From the NCBI GenBank assembly GCA_018335675.1, contig JAGXRQ010000129.1, positions 6,253 through 70,252 of the forward strand: a stretch of DNA of 64,000 bases. The letters are read 5' to 3'. Shown here piece by piece: positions 49,284-57,701 of this stretch. The notes beneath the pieces were generated by a model. The model was given only the letters and a program-made list of their open reading frames with translations. It was not told the DNA's origin and searched no databases. How positions within the stretch are numbered: position 1 is the stretch's first letter; each line of letters begins with the position of its first letter. This stretch comes from Bacteroidota bacterium (GTDB taxonomy: Bacteria > Bacteroidota > Bacteroidia > Bacteroidales > UBA7960). The position numbers were made by a program, and so were the translations under genes.

Positions 49284-49381
49284 GATTAGGTATCAGGTGT
49301 CGGGTATAGGGTATAGGGTATAGGGTATAGGGTATAGGGTATAGGGTATAGGGTATAGGGTATAGGGTATAGGGTATAGGG
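49284..49381 (+). repeat. Heptamer tandem array: GATTAGG TATCAGG TGTCGGG followed by 11 perfect TATAGGG units
   Basis: Counted base by base. The perfect units start at 49305, 49312 and so on up to 49375. The array begins on the base after the stop codon at 49281-49283. Confidence 0.97.
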
Positions 49382-49383
49382 TG

Positions 49384-49426
49384 TTTTAACTTTTAACTTT
49401 TAACTTTCAACTTTTAACTTTTCAAC
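49384..49426 (+). repeat. Heptamer tandem array TTTTAAC x3, TTTCAAC, TTTTAAC, TTTTCAAC
   Basis: Counted base by base. The array ends on the base before the ATG at 49427. Confidence 0.95.
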
Positions 49427-50179
49427 ATGGCATTAATAGAAGAATTTGAAAAACAAGGAAATTGGTTATTTAGATACAGGGGTTATCTGCCACTTATAAT
49501 TCTAATAGCAGGAGGTATTGTGTTTGCATATACTGAGCTTTATCCCGAAAGCTTTTATATAAAAACTTCACCTTACAGAAATTATTTCGAATGGTTTTGT
49601 ATTGCCGTTAGCATATATGGGTTGTTAGTGCGCATATATACGGTAGGGCATACTCCGAAAAATACTTCCGGGAGAAATGTTAAAGGACAAATCGCTGATA
49701 CATTAAATACAAGCGGTATTTATTCAGTTGTTAGGCATCCTTTATATTTCGGCAATTTTTTTATGTGGCTTGGCCCGGCATTACTTATCGGACATCCATG
49801 GTTTGTTGTAGTTTTTTGCTTTTTCTATTGGGTTTATTATGAAAGAATTATGTTTGCGGAAGAGCAGTTTTTAAGAGGTAAGTTTGGGGAAACATATACT
49901 GATTGGGCGAAAAATGTGCCTGCATTTATTCCTGCTTTTAGAAAGTTTAAAAAACCCAATATGGCATTTAATTATAAAAAGGTTATTAGAAAAGAAAAAA
50001 ATGGTCTTGTTGCGGTTTTTTTAATATTCTCAGCATTCAATTTTGCCGGGCAACATATTGGAGAGCAGGAGGGATATAATCTACCTTTATTATATACTGC
50101 CGCGGCAGTTGTAGTTTTGTACATTGGTATTAGAATTATTCAAAAATTATCAAGTGTTTTGAATGAAAAGACTAATTAA
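49427..50179 (+). CDS. ICMT/PEMT-family membrane methyltransferase
   Basis: 250 aa and polytopic. SGIYSVVRHPLYFGNFFMWLG and YERIMFAEEQFL are the isoprenylcysteine carboxyl methyltransferase-like signature. Confidence 0.75.
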   Translation: MALIEEFEKQGNWLFRYRGYLPLIILIAGGIVFAYTELYPESFYIKTSPYRNYFEWFCIAVSIYGLLVRIYTVGHTPKNTSGRNVKGQIADTLNTSGIYSVVRHPLYFGNFFMWLGPALLIGHPWFVVVFCFFYWVYYERIMFAEEQFLRGKFGETYTDWAKNVPAFIPAFRKFKKPNMAFNYKKVIRKEKNGLVAVFLIFSAFNFAGQHIGEQEGYNLPLLYTAAAVVVLYIGIRIIQKLSSVLNEKTN

Positions 50180-50606
50180 GAATTCATATATTAAATTATT
50201 TTTCCTGGGGGTTTTCTTTTTGGTATGTTCTGGCTGTACTGAAAAAGTAGACAAGTTTGAAAATTGCACTGATGCCGATTATGATAATTGTAATACTGAT
50301 GAGCCTTTGGTCGGTGCAGTTGTTGTATATGTCACAATTAATGATATTCACAACAACGTAATAGTTATCATAAAAGAAGGTCTTTATGAATCAGGTGAGA
50401 TAGTATTGACTGACACATTGCAGCAAAATTCAAAAACATATAATTTCGATATTAATACAACCTATTCTGCAGCCGCATTTTATAAAAATGATAATGATTC
50501 AGTTATCGCAATAGATGGTGGAAAACTTGAATACTATACATACAAGGCCTGTGAACTGACTTGCTATGAAGTAAAGAATTTAAAGATCGACCTTAGACTT
50601 AAGTAA
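50163..50606 (+). CDS. Lipoprotein, function unknown
   Basis: Lipobox LVCSGC. 147 aa. Overlaps the preceding gene by 17 nt. Confidence 0.55.
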   Translation: MKRLIKNSYIKLFFLGVFFLVCSGCTEKVDKFENCTDADYDNCNTDEPLVGAVVVYVTINDIHNNVIVIIKEGLYESGEIVLTDTLQQNSKTYNFDINTTYSAAAFYKNDNDSVIAIDGGKLEYYTYKACELTCYEVKNLKIDLRLK

Positions 50607-50661
50607 TATTATAAAAAATTCGTTTAGTGTAATAAATTGCTTTGTTGAATTATATAAATTG

Positions 50662-50669
50662 TATATTTG
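50662..50669 (+). promoter_or_regulatory. Candidate -7 element TATATTTG
   Basis: Matches TAnnTTTG and lies 53 nt upstream of the ATG at 50722. Confidence 0.3.
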
Positions 50670-50721
50670 TGCATACATTTTGTAATTATAAATTTACATT
50701 TTAACATTAAAAAGCAACCGT

Positions 50722-51240
50722 ATGAAAAAGCTATGTACATTAGTTTTAGCAGTATTATTCCTAAGTATTTTTTCTCAGAACATATTTGCTCAGGATGAAC
50801 AGGTTGTTGTTCCGGGCATTAAGCTATCGGGTCCAAGGCTTGGTGTTACTTACGTTTCTCCCGGAGAATTGGCAGATAACCTTGACTCAAGATATGGTAT
50901 GCATCCATTTTTTACTCAGTTTGGATGGCAGTTTGAATACCGTTATTTTACTTTAGAAAATGGTACGTCAGGATTGGTAGAGCTTGTAGCTTTGCTCGGA
51001 GGAATGGACCAAGGTGTTATTTTTCCTAGTGCTAGCTTGATGATAGGATTAAGAAATGCCCAAGGACTGGAGTTTGGGTTTGGTCCAAACATATCCCCAA
51101 GTGGATCTGCATTGGTATTCGCAGTGGGTGTTACCGCACAGTCTCAAAACATAAATTTTCCTATAAACTTCGCTGTAGTGCCTTCAAATAAAGGTATCAG
51201 ATTCAGTCTTCTGGTGGGATTTAATGCAAGGAAGAAGTAG
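50722..51240 (+). CDS. Secreted or outer-membrane hypothetical protein
   Basis: Signal peptide ending IFAQD. 172 aa, Gly- and aromatic-rich, beta-like pattern. Confidence 0.5.
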   Translation: MKKLCTLVLAVLFLSIFSQNIFAQDEQVVVPGIKLSGPRLGVTYVSPGELADNLDSRYGMHPFFTQFGWQFEYRYFTLENGTSGLVELVALLGGMDQGVIFPSASLMIGLRNAQGLEFGFGPNISPSGSALVFAVGVTAQSQNINFPINFAVVPSNKGIRFSLLVGFNARKK

Positions 51241-51333
51241 GGTAAGTGTTTTTATTCTACCAATTTTCTCGAAAATCAAAGGCAATAATGAAGTTTTTTT
51301 TGTAAAAATCAAAGGCGGAAGGATTTGAAGATG

Positions 51334-51501
51334 TTAGTCCACAATTTCGATTTTTCCAATGTTGCAGCTTTTACAATCAGAACCACACCCCCCACAAGAA
51401 CCACCCACCTTATTTAAGCTTTTAAAATACTTATAGCTTTTGTAAAAAGCGGCTAAAGAGGCTGCGAATATTGTAATGTATGTAAGTAATATCTGTGTCA
51501 T
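51334..51501 (-). CDS. FeoB-associated Cys-rich small membrane protein (not in ORF track)
   Basis: Manual translation gives MTQILLTYITIFAASLAAFYKSYKYFKSLNKVGGSCGGCGSDCKSCNIGKIEIVD (55 aa). It has one TM helix followed by a G-x-C-G-G-C-G..C..C cluster. The ATG lies 4 nt downstream of the feoB stop codon on the same strand. Confidence 0.7.
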   Translation of the reverse strand: MTQILLTYITIFAASLAAFYKSYKYFKSLNKVGGSCGGCGSDCKSCNIGKIEIVD

Positions 51502-51505
51502 AGTT

Positions 51506-54031
51506 TTAATATCCTAATAAACTTCCTATTTGAAATACCAGCATAGACACTATATATGCCAGTGATGTTGTGTAAACCATTGCGAAAACACCCCATTTCC
51601 AATGCCCTGCTTCACGGCTTATGGCAGCTATTGTTCCAATGCAAGGGAAGTATAGCAGCACAAACAGCATAAATGATAATGCTACTAGTGGGGTAAATAC
51701 TTTTTGGCCTTTTTTATCGCCATAATGATATGTTTGCTGCTGAAGGTTTTCAACAAGGTTTGGATTTGATGTTTGTACATTCTCCTCTGAATAATAGAGT
51801 ACAGCTAAAGTGCTTACTACAATCTCTTTGGCTGCGAGGCCGGATAAAATGCTTATCGTCATCTTCCAGTCGAATCCCAATGGAGACATCACAGGGCTAA
51901 GAGTTTTGCCAATACGACCTATATAGCTATTATTTTGCCTGTCTATCAATGATTCTAATTCAGCTTTTTCGATTTCGGCTTCTTTTTCTAAAAATAATTG
52001 TTCAATTTCTATAATATTCGCGCCAGAGATTTGTGATATTTTTTCTTCAAATTCAACGATAATCTGTTCTTTTTTGTCATTAAGAATCTTCTCAGATTTC
52101 ATTCCAACAGGAAAATATCCCAATGCCCATATAATTATTGAAGAGATTAATATGATTCCGCTAATCTTTTTGAGATATTGCACTGCTTTCGACCACATAT
52201 GAATTGATGTGGTTTTTATTGTTGGTAGCCGGTAAGGTGGAAGCTCCATTACAAAAGGAATTTCTTCCGCTTTGAAAATAGTTTTCTTTAATATTAGAGC
52301 AGTTATAACTGCCGCTGATACTCCTGCTGCATAAATCAAAAACAAGATTGTACCCTGATTATTCGGAAAAAATGCACTGATGAAAAGTACATAAATTGGT
52401 AATCTCGCACTGCACGACATAAATGGATTAATAAGCATAGTAATTAATCTGTCGTTTCTGCTTGCCAGTGTTCGGGTTGCCATTATTGCAGGTACATTAC
52501 ACCCAAATCCCATAAGTAAAGGAATAAATGACTTGCCATGCAGTCCAATTTTATGCATTATTTTATCCATTATGAACACTGTACGCGACATATAACCTGT
52601 GTCTTCCATAAGGCTGATAAAGAAAAATAACAGCATAATATTTGGCAAAAACACCAAAACACTTCCAACGCCCTTTACAACACCGTTTATGAGAAGATCT
52701 TTAAATGGTCCGGGATTAATCAGTGAATCAAGAATTAATGCTAATTCTTCAACACCAGTCTCTATCCATTCCATTGGATAACTGCCCAATATGAATGTAG
52801 CTGAAAATATAAACCACATTATCGCAAGAAATATTGGAAATCCCCACAATTTATGAGTTAATATACCATCGATAGCTTCACTTTTTCGCTTGCTCTTGGC
52901 AGTGCCGGCGACAAATGTTTCTTTGAGAGCACCTGCTATAAATCCATATTTCAAATCTGTGAAAACAGTTTCAGATGTGTCGTTAAACCTGCTTTCTATT
53001 CTTTCAATCTCCTGCTTGGCAACTTGTATAATTTCTTCATTGTTGGCGCATGATTGCGATATTGTTTTGATTGCCAATTCGTCGTTTTCAAGCAATTTAA
53101 TAGCAAGAAAGCGTGACGAAACCATATCTGTCAACTTCTGATTATCAGTAGTTTTTAATTTTTCCTGAACAGATTTGATTGATTTCTCAATTGTTTCACC
53201 ATAATTAATATGAATATGACGAATTACTTCATTCTGATCTTCAAAAACTTCTACAATCTTGTTGAATACTTCGTTAATTCCTTTTCCCCTCGAACTAATT
53301 GCCGGAATTATTGGAATTCCTATCATCTTACCCAAAAGGTCATAATCAAATCTGTCGCCTTTCTTCTGCAGCTCATCATACATATTTAAGACCATCACAA
53401 CTTTTATATCCATGTCAATAAGCTGTGTGGTAAGAAACATGTTTCTCTCAAGATTTGAGGCATCCACAACATTTATAACAATATCAGGCAAATTGTTAGT
53501 TATAAAATCTCTGACATAAACCTCTTCGGGAGAATATGGCGATATTGAATATGTGCCCGGTAAGTCAGTGATGTTAAATACATAACCATTTTGACGAACT
53601 TTGGCTTGTTTTGCATCAACAGTTACCCCGCTATAATTACCAACTCTTTCCCTGGAGCCGGTTGCATAATTGAAAAAAGTAGTTTTGCCACTGTTTGGGT
53701 TGCCTACTATTGCAACATTAATAACCTTTTCTTGCTTTTTAAGAATTTTGCGGGTTTCTGACTCAAGTATACCATTAAATCCTTTTGATTTAATAGATTC
53801 AAATTCTGACTCAGGTATAACTTCAATTAATGCTGCTTCAGAACGTCTTAATGAAACAAAATATCCCAAAATATTATATTCGATTGGGTCTTGTAAGGGA
53901 GCTTTTTTTATTACTTCAACAACTTTTCCAACAATAAATCCCATTTCTATGATCCTCTTACGGAATGCACCACGCCCTCTAACTTTAAGGATAATGCCTC
54001 TTTCCCCGTTCTTCAAATCAAGCAATGTCAT
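51506..54031 (-). CDS. feoB: Ferrous iron transporter, FeoA-FeoB fusion
   Basis: The N-terminal ~75 aa form a FeoA-like SH3 domain (GERGIILKVRGRGAFRKRIIEMGF..G). This is followed by the G-domain VGNPNSGKTTFFN and a polytopic permease. 841 aa. Confidence 0.95.
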   Translation of the reverse strand: MTLLDLKNGERGIILKVRGRGAFRKRIIEMGFIVGKVVEVIKKAPLQDPIEYNILGYFVSLRRSEAALIEVIPESEFESIKSKGFNGILESETRKILKKQEKVINVAIVGNPNSGKTTFFNYATGSRERVGNYSGVTVDAKQAKVRQNGYVFNITDLPGTYSISPYSPEEVYVRDFITNNLPDIVINVVDASNLERNMFLTTQLIDMDIKVVMVLNMYDELQKKGDRFDYDLLGKMIGIPIIPAISSRGKGINEVFNKIVEVFEDQNEVIRHIHINYGETIEKSIKSVQEKLKTTDNQKLTDMVSSRFLAIKLLENDELAIKTISQSCANNEEIIQVAKQEIERIESRFNDTSETVFTDLKYGFIAGALKETFVAGTAKSKRKSEAIDGILTHKLWGFPIFLAIMWFIFSATFILGSYPMEWIETGVEELALILDSLINPGPFKDLLINGVVKGVGSVLVFLPNIMLLFFFISLMEDTGYMSRTVFIMDKIMHKIGLHGKSFIPLLMGFGCNVPAIMATRTLASRNDRLITMLINPFMSCSARLPIYVLFISAFFPNNQGTILFLIYAAGVSAAVITALILKKTIFKAEEIPFVMELPPYRLPTIKTTSIHMWSKAVQYLKKISGIILISSIIIWALGYFPVGMKSEKILNDKKEQIIVEFEEKISQISGANIIEIEQLFLEKEAEIEKAELESLIDRQNNSYIGRIGKTLSPVMSPLGFDWKMTISILSGLAAKEIVVSTLAVLYYSEENVQTSNPNLVENLQQQTYHYGDKKGQKVFTPLVALSFMLFVLLYFPCIGTIAAISREAGHWKWGVFAMVYTTSLAYIVSMLVFQIGSLLGY

Positions 54032-54076
54032 ACGAAGTAATTATATTCTGTTAATTTAGATTGAATTAAAATAATG

Positions 54077-54084
54077 CAAATATA
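54077..54084 (-). promoter_or_regulatory. Candidate -7 element TATATTTG for feoAB
   Basis: The plus strand reads CAAATATA. It lies 46 nt upstream of the feoAB ATG at 54031. Confidence 0.3.
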
Positions 54085-54142
54085 TAAAATTTAAACAATA
54101 ATAACTTTCAAATGTTTTTGTTATTAATGTGAATGTTTTTTT

Positions 54143-54197
54143 GGGGAATAGGGTATAGGGGTATAGGGGTATAAGGTATAAGGTATAAGGAAGTCGG
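54143..54197 (+). repeat. G-rich 7-8-nt tandem array (GGGGAAT AGGGTAT AGGGGTAT AGGGGTAT AAGGTAT AAGGTAT AAGG AAGTCGG)
   Basis: Read directly. The array belongs to the same GGGTAT(A) family as 49305-49381 and is on the same strand. Confidence 0.9.
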
Positions 54198-54240
54198 CAT
54201 CAGACCCGGGGGGTAAGATTGTGATGATAAAACTTGAGAC

Positions 54241-54289
54241 TGTCATCTGTCGACTATTGACTATTGACTATCGACTTACGACTGCCGAC
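54241..54289 (+). repeat. Degenerate heptamer array TGTCATC TGTCGAC TATTGAC TATTGAC TATCGAC TTACGAC TGCCGAC
   Basis: Seven consecutive 7-nt units, each ending in AC or TC, counted base by base. Confidence 0.9.
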
Positions 54290-54395
54290 TTATATAGAAT
54301 TAAACAATCAACGCATCTTATAATGACTATCAAGAAATTAAGGAAATCAAAGATTCAATGATTTATAAATTTAGAGAAAGCAGAGTTTTTTTGTA

Positions 54396-54403
54396 TAATT
54401 TTG
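54396..54403 (+). promoter_or_regulatory. Candidate -7 element TAATTTTG for dxs
   Basis: Matches TAnnTTTG and lies 26 nt upstream of the dxs TTG start at 54429. Confidence 0.4.
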
Positions 54404-54428
54404 CATTACTAATCAGAAATAAATAGCT

Positions 54429-56351
54429 TTGAGTAGATCAGAAAATATACTATCAAAAATTAATACTCCTGATGATGTAAAAAAACTTACACCTGAGGAA
54501 CTAGTTGAATTATGTGCTGAGCTTAGGGGTTTTATAATAGACTGTGTTTGTACAAATCCTGGCCATTTTGGTGCAAGCTTGGGGGTTGTTGAACTTACTG
54601 TTGCATTGCATTATGTTTTTAATACTCCGTATGATAAATTAATTTGGGATGTTGGTCATCAGGCTTATGCTCATAAAATTATTACCGGTAGAAAAGATTT
54701 ATTTTGTAAAAACAGGACATACAAAGGAATAAGCGGGTTTCCTAAAATGAAAGAGAGCCCTTATGATGCTTTTGGAACCGGTCATTCATCAACAAGTATT
54801 TCTGCCGCTCTTGGGATGGCGATAGCTTCGAAAATTAGAGGTGAAGACGATAGAAAACATATCGCGGTAATTGGAGATGGTAGTTTAACTGCTGGAATGG
54901 CATTTGAAGCAATGAATCATGCCGGTGTTGCAAATTCTGATATTCTTGTTATCCTTAATGATAATGGGATAGCAATTGACAAAAATGTTGGTGCCCTTAA
55001 AGAATATCTTACTGATATCACTACTTCTAAATCATATAATAAGTTTAAGGATGAAGTATGGAATCTATTAGGTTCATCAAAGGGATTTGGAACAAAAATA
55101 CGTAAGCTGGTGCAAAGAATTGGTCACGCAATTAAATCAACAATATTAAAGCAAAGCAATTTCTTCGAGTCTCTTAATTTCAGATATTTTGGGCCTGTCG
55201 ATGGTCACGATGTTCAGTATCTTGCCAAGCTTCTTAATGATTTAAAAGATATAAAAGGACCAAAGCTTTTACATGTGGTTACAGTGAAAGGTAAGGGATA
55301 TTCTTTTGCAGAACAAGACCAGACAAAATTTCATGCACCCGGTATATTTAATAAGGATACCGGTGAAATAGAAGTTTCTTCTACTGAAAAAGATAAACCA
55401 CCCAAATATCAAAATGTTTTTGGTGAAACATTGCTTGAGCTTGCTAAAGAGAATCCTCATATAGTGGGAATAACACCTGCAATGCCTTCAGGATGCTCTC
55501 TAAATATAATGATGGATGAAATTCCTGAGAGAGCTTTTGATGTTGGTATTGCTGAACAACATGCAGTTACGTTTGCTGCCGGACTTGCAGTGCAAGGCTT
55601 AATTCCATTTTGCAACATATATTCATCTTTTTTCCAACGTGCATATGATCAGGCAATTCACGATGTTGCGCTTCAGAATCTTCATGTAGTGTTTTGTCTT
55701 GATAGGGCAGGGCTTGTTGGCGAGGATGGAGCAACTCATCACGGAGCATTCGACCTTTCTTTTATGAGAATAATTCCGAACCTGATTATAGCTTCACCAA
55801 TGAATGAAGAGCAAATGAGAGATATCATGTACACTGCTCAGCTCAAAAGCACTGGACCATGGGTAATTAGATATCCTAGAGGAAATGGTGTTATGAAGGA
55901 TTGGAGAACAAAAATGAAAAAGATTGAAATTGGTAAAGGGCGCAAGCTTCTTGAAGGTGATAAGATTGCTGTTATTTCAATTGGTCATGTTGGAAATGCA
56001 GTTTTAAAGGCATGCGAAATGCTTGAGAAAGAAAAAGGAATAAGTGTTGACCTTTATGATTTGATTTTTCTTAAACCAATTGACGAAGAGCTTTTACACC
56101 AGATTTTCAAAAAACACACAAAAATAATTACTGTAGAAGATAACTCAATTACAGGTGGCATGGGCAGTGCAGTATTGGAATTTATGTCTGATAACGGGTA
56201 TAGCGCATATGTAAAAAGACTTGGTATCCCTGATGAATTTATTGAACAAGGCTCTCTTAAGGAGTTATATGCTGAATGTGGTTATGATGTAAATGGTATT
56301 TTTGAGACTATAAAAACTGTTTGTGAAAAAGAATTTTTAATAATTTCATAA
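54429..56351 (+). CDS. dxs: 1-deoxy-D-xylulose-5-phosphate synthase
   Basis: GHFGASLGVVELTVALHYVF, WDVGHQAYAHKI, and the TPP motif IGDGSLTAGMAFEAMN. 640 aa. Confidence 0.95.
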   Translation: MSRSENILSKINTPDDVKKLTPEELVELCAELRGFIIDCVCTNPGHFGASLGVVELTVALHYVFNTPYDKLIWDVGHQAYAHKIITGRKDLFCKNRTYKGISGFPKMKESPYDAFGTGHSSTSISAALGMAIASKIRGEDDRKHIAVIGDGSLTAGMAFEAMNHAGVANSDILVILNDNGIAIDKNVGALKEYLTDITTSKSYNKFKDEVWNLLGSSKGFGTKIRKLVQRIGHAIKSTILKQSNFFESLNFRYFGPVDGHDVQYLAKLLNDLKDIKGPKLLHVVTVKGKGYSFAEQDQTKFHAPGIFNKDTGEIEVSSTEKDKPPKYQNVFGETLLELAKENPHIVGITPAMPSGCSLNIMMDEIPERAFDVGIAEQHAVTFAAGLAVQGLIPFCNIYSSFFQRAYDQAIHDVALQNLHVVFCLDRAGLVGEDGATHHGAFDLSFMRIIPNLIIASPMNEEQMRDIMYTAQLKSTGPWVIRYPRGNGVMKDWRTKMKKIEIGKGRKLLEGDKIAVISIGHVGNAVLKACEMLEKEKGISVDLYDLIFLKPIDEELLHQIFKKHTKIITVEDNSITGGMGSAVLEFMSDNGYSAYVKRLGIPDEFIEQGSLKELYAECGYDVNGIFETIKTVCEKEFLIIS

Positions 56352-56361
56352 ATAATAGAAA

Positions 56362-57195
56362 TTGGATTCATACAGCGATATTTGGTTTAACTATCAACAG
56401 GTTTTAATGGCTATTGGTCTCACTATTGTTGCAGGCCTTGCTACAGGTATTGGAAGTGCAATTGCTTTTTTCACCAAAAGAACAAATGCTAAATTTCTTT
56501 CTCTCTCTTTGGGGTTTTCAGGTGGAGTTATGATTTATATTTCATTTGTTGAAATTTTTGCAAATTCACAGGAAATATTAATTCAAGAAAAAGGAGAAAC
56601 ATTAGGCCAAATAATTACTATCGCAGGCTTCTTCACCGGAATGTTGGTAATTGCAATTATTGATAAAATTGTGCCCGATTTTGAAAATCCTCATGAAATC
56701 AAAAAAGTAGAGGAAATTGTACCTTCGGAAGAATATAAAAAGAATAAAAAGCTTTACCGAATGGGCGTTTTATCTGCTGTTGCAATTGCAGTGCATAATT
56801 TTCCTGAAGGTATTGCTACTTATCTTGTTGCACTTCAGGATATTAAATTGGGATTACCTATTGCTATTGCAATTGCTATTCATAATATTCCCGAAGGAAT
56901 TGCTGTGTCAGTGCCAATTTATCATGCAACAGGTAGTAAAAAGAAAGCTTTCAAATATTCTTTTTTATCAGGTTTGGCCGAGCCTCTGGGTGCTATTTTT
57001 GCAGTTCTTATTTTAACTCCTTTTTTAAATCAGGTAGTATTTGGATTTGTTTTCGCATCTGTTGCAGGTATAATGGTTTTCATTTCTATAGATGAACTTT
57101 TACCTGCCGCTCGAGAATATGGAAGGCCTCATCTAGCACTGTATGGCCTAATTTCCGGAATGGGAATTATGGCAATTAGTTTAATTTTATTGTAA
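56362..57195 (+). CDS. zupT: Zinc transporter ZupT (ZIP family)
   Basis: HNFPEGIA and HNIPEGIAV motifs with about 8 TM helices. The start is uncertain (TTG 56362 or ATG 56407). Confidence 0.85.
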   Translation: MDSYSDIWFNYQQVLMAIGLTIVAGLATGIGSAIAFFTKRTNAKFLSLSLGFSGGVMIYISFVEIFANSQEILIQEKGETLGQIITIAGFFTGMLVIAIIDKIVPDFENPHEIKKVEEIVPSEEYKKNKKLYRMGVLSAVAIAVHNFPEGIATYLVALQDIKLGLPIAIAIAIHNIPEGIAVSVPIYHATGSKKKAFKYSFLSGLAEPLGAIFAVLILTPFLNQVVFGFVFASVAGIMVFISIDELLPAAREYGRPHLALYGLISGMGIMAISLILL

Positions 57196-57199
57196 AGCT

Positions 57200-57625
57200 A
57201 TGATATTTGTTAACGAAACAACAGTTAGAGTCAGATATGCTGAAACCGATCAAATGGGGTTTGTATATTATGGCAATTATGCTCAATATTATGAAGTTGG
57301 TAGAGTATCAGCAATGCGTGAGCTAGGAATTAGCTATAAAGAAATGGAAGAAAAAGGGATTATAATGCCTCTAGCTTCAATGAGCACAAAATTTATAAAG
57401 CCTGCTCATTATGATGATCTGCTAACAATAAAAACCTATGTTAGAGAAATGCCTAAAGTTAGAATGATTTTTGATTATGAAATATATAATCCTAATGGTG
57501 AGTTGATTAACGTTGGTGAAACTGTTTTGGTTTTTCTTGATCCTATAAGAATGAAACCTTGTGGTGCGCCCAGTTGGTTTATGGATATTATTAATGAAAA
57601 ACTGCCGGAACATTTTGAAAAATAA
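57200..57625 (+). CDS. Acyl-CoA thioesterase, YbgC/4HBT family
   Basis: VRVRYAETDQMGFVYYGNYAQYYEVGR is the hot-dog fold signature with the catalytic Asp. Confidence 0.85.
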   Translation: MIFVNETTVRVRYAETDQMGFVYYGNYAQYYEVGRVSAMRELGISYKEMEEKGIIMPLASMSTKFIKPAHYDDLLTIKTYVREMPKVRMIFDYEIYNPNGELINVGETVLVFLDPIRMKPCGAPSWFMDIINEKLPEHFEK

Positions 57626-57701
57626 TTGTATAAACTTTTTCCTAACTTGGTTGTTGTAAATTCAACAAACATAAATATATAAATAATTAAATACGTAAAA
57701 A

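Noticed and set aside
49284-49426. Tandem repeat arrays considered as a CRISPR array
   Set aside because: The units are only 7 nt and contiguous, with no spacers, and no cas genes are present. This is a microsatellite-type array, not CRISPR.
51272-51316. Direct repeat AAAATCAAAGGC x2 (51272-51283 and 51305-51316) between convergent genes
   Set aside because: It is only 12 nt and two copies, in a 3' intergenic region with no associated structure. It is likely chance or a minor duplication.
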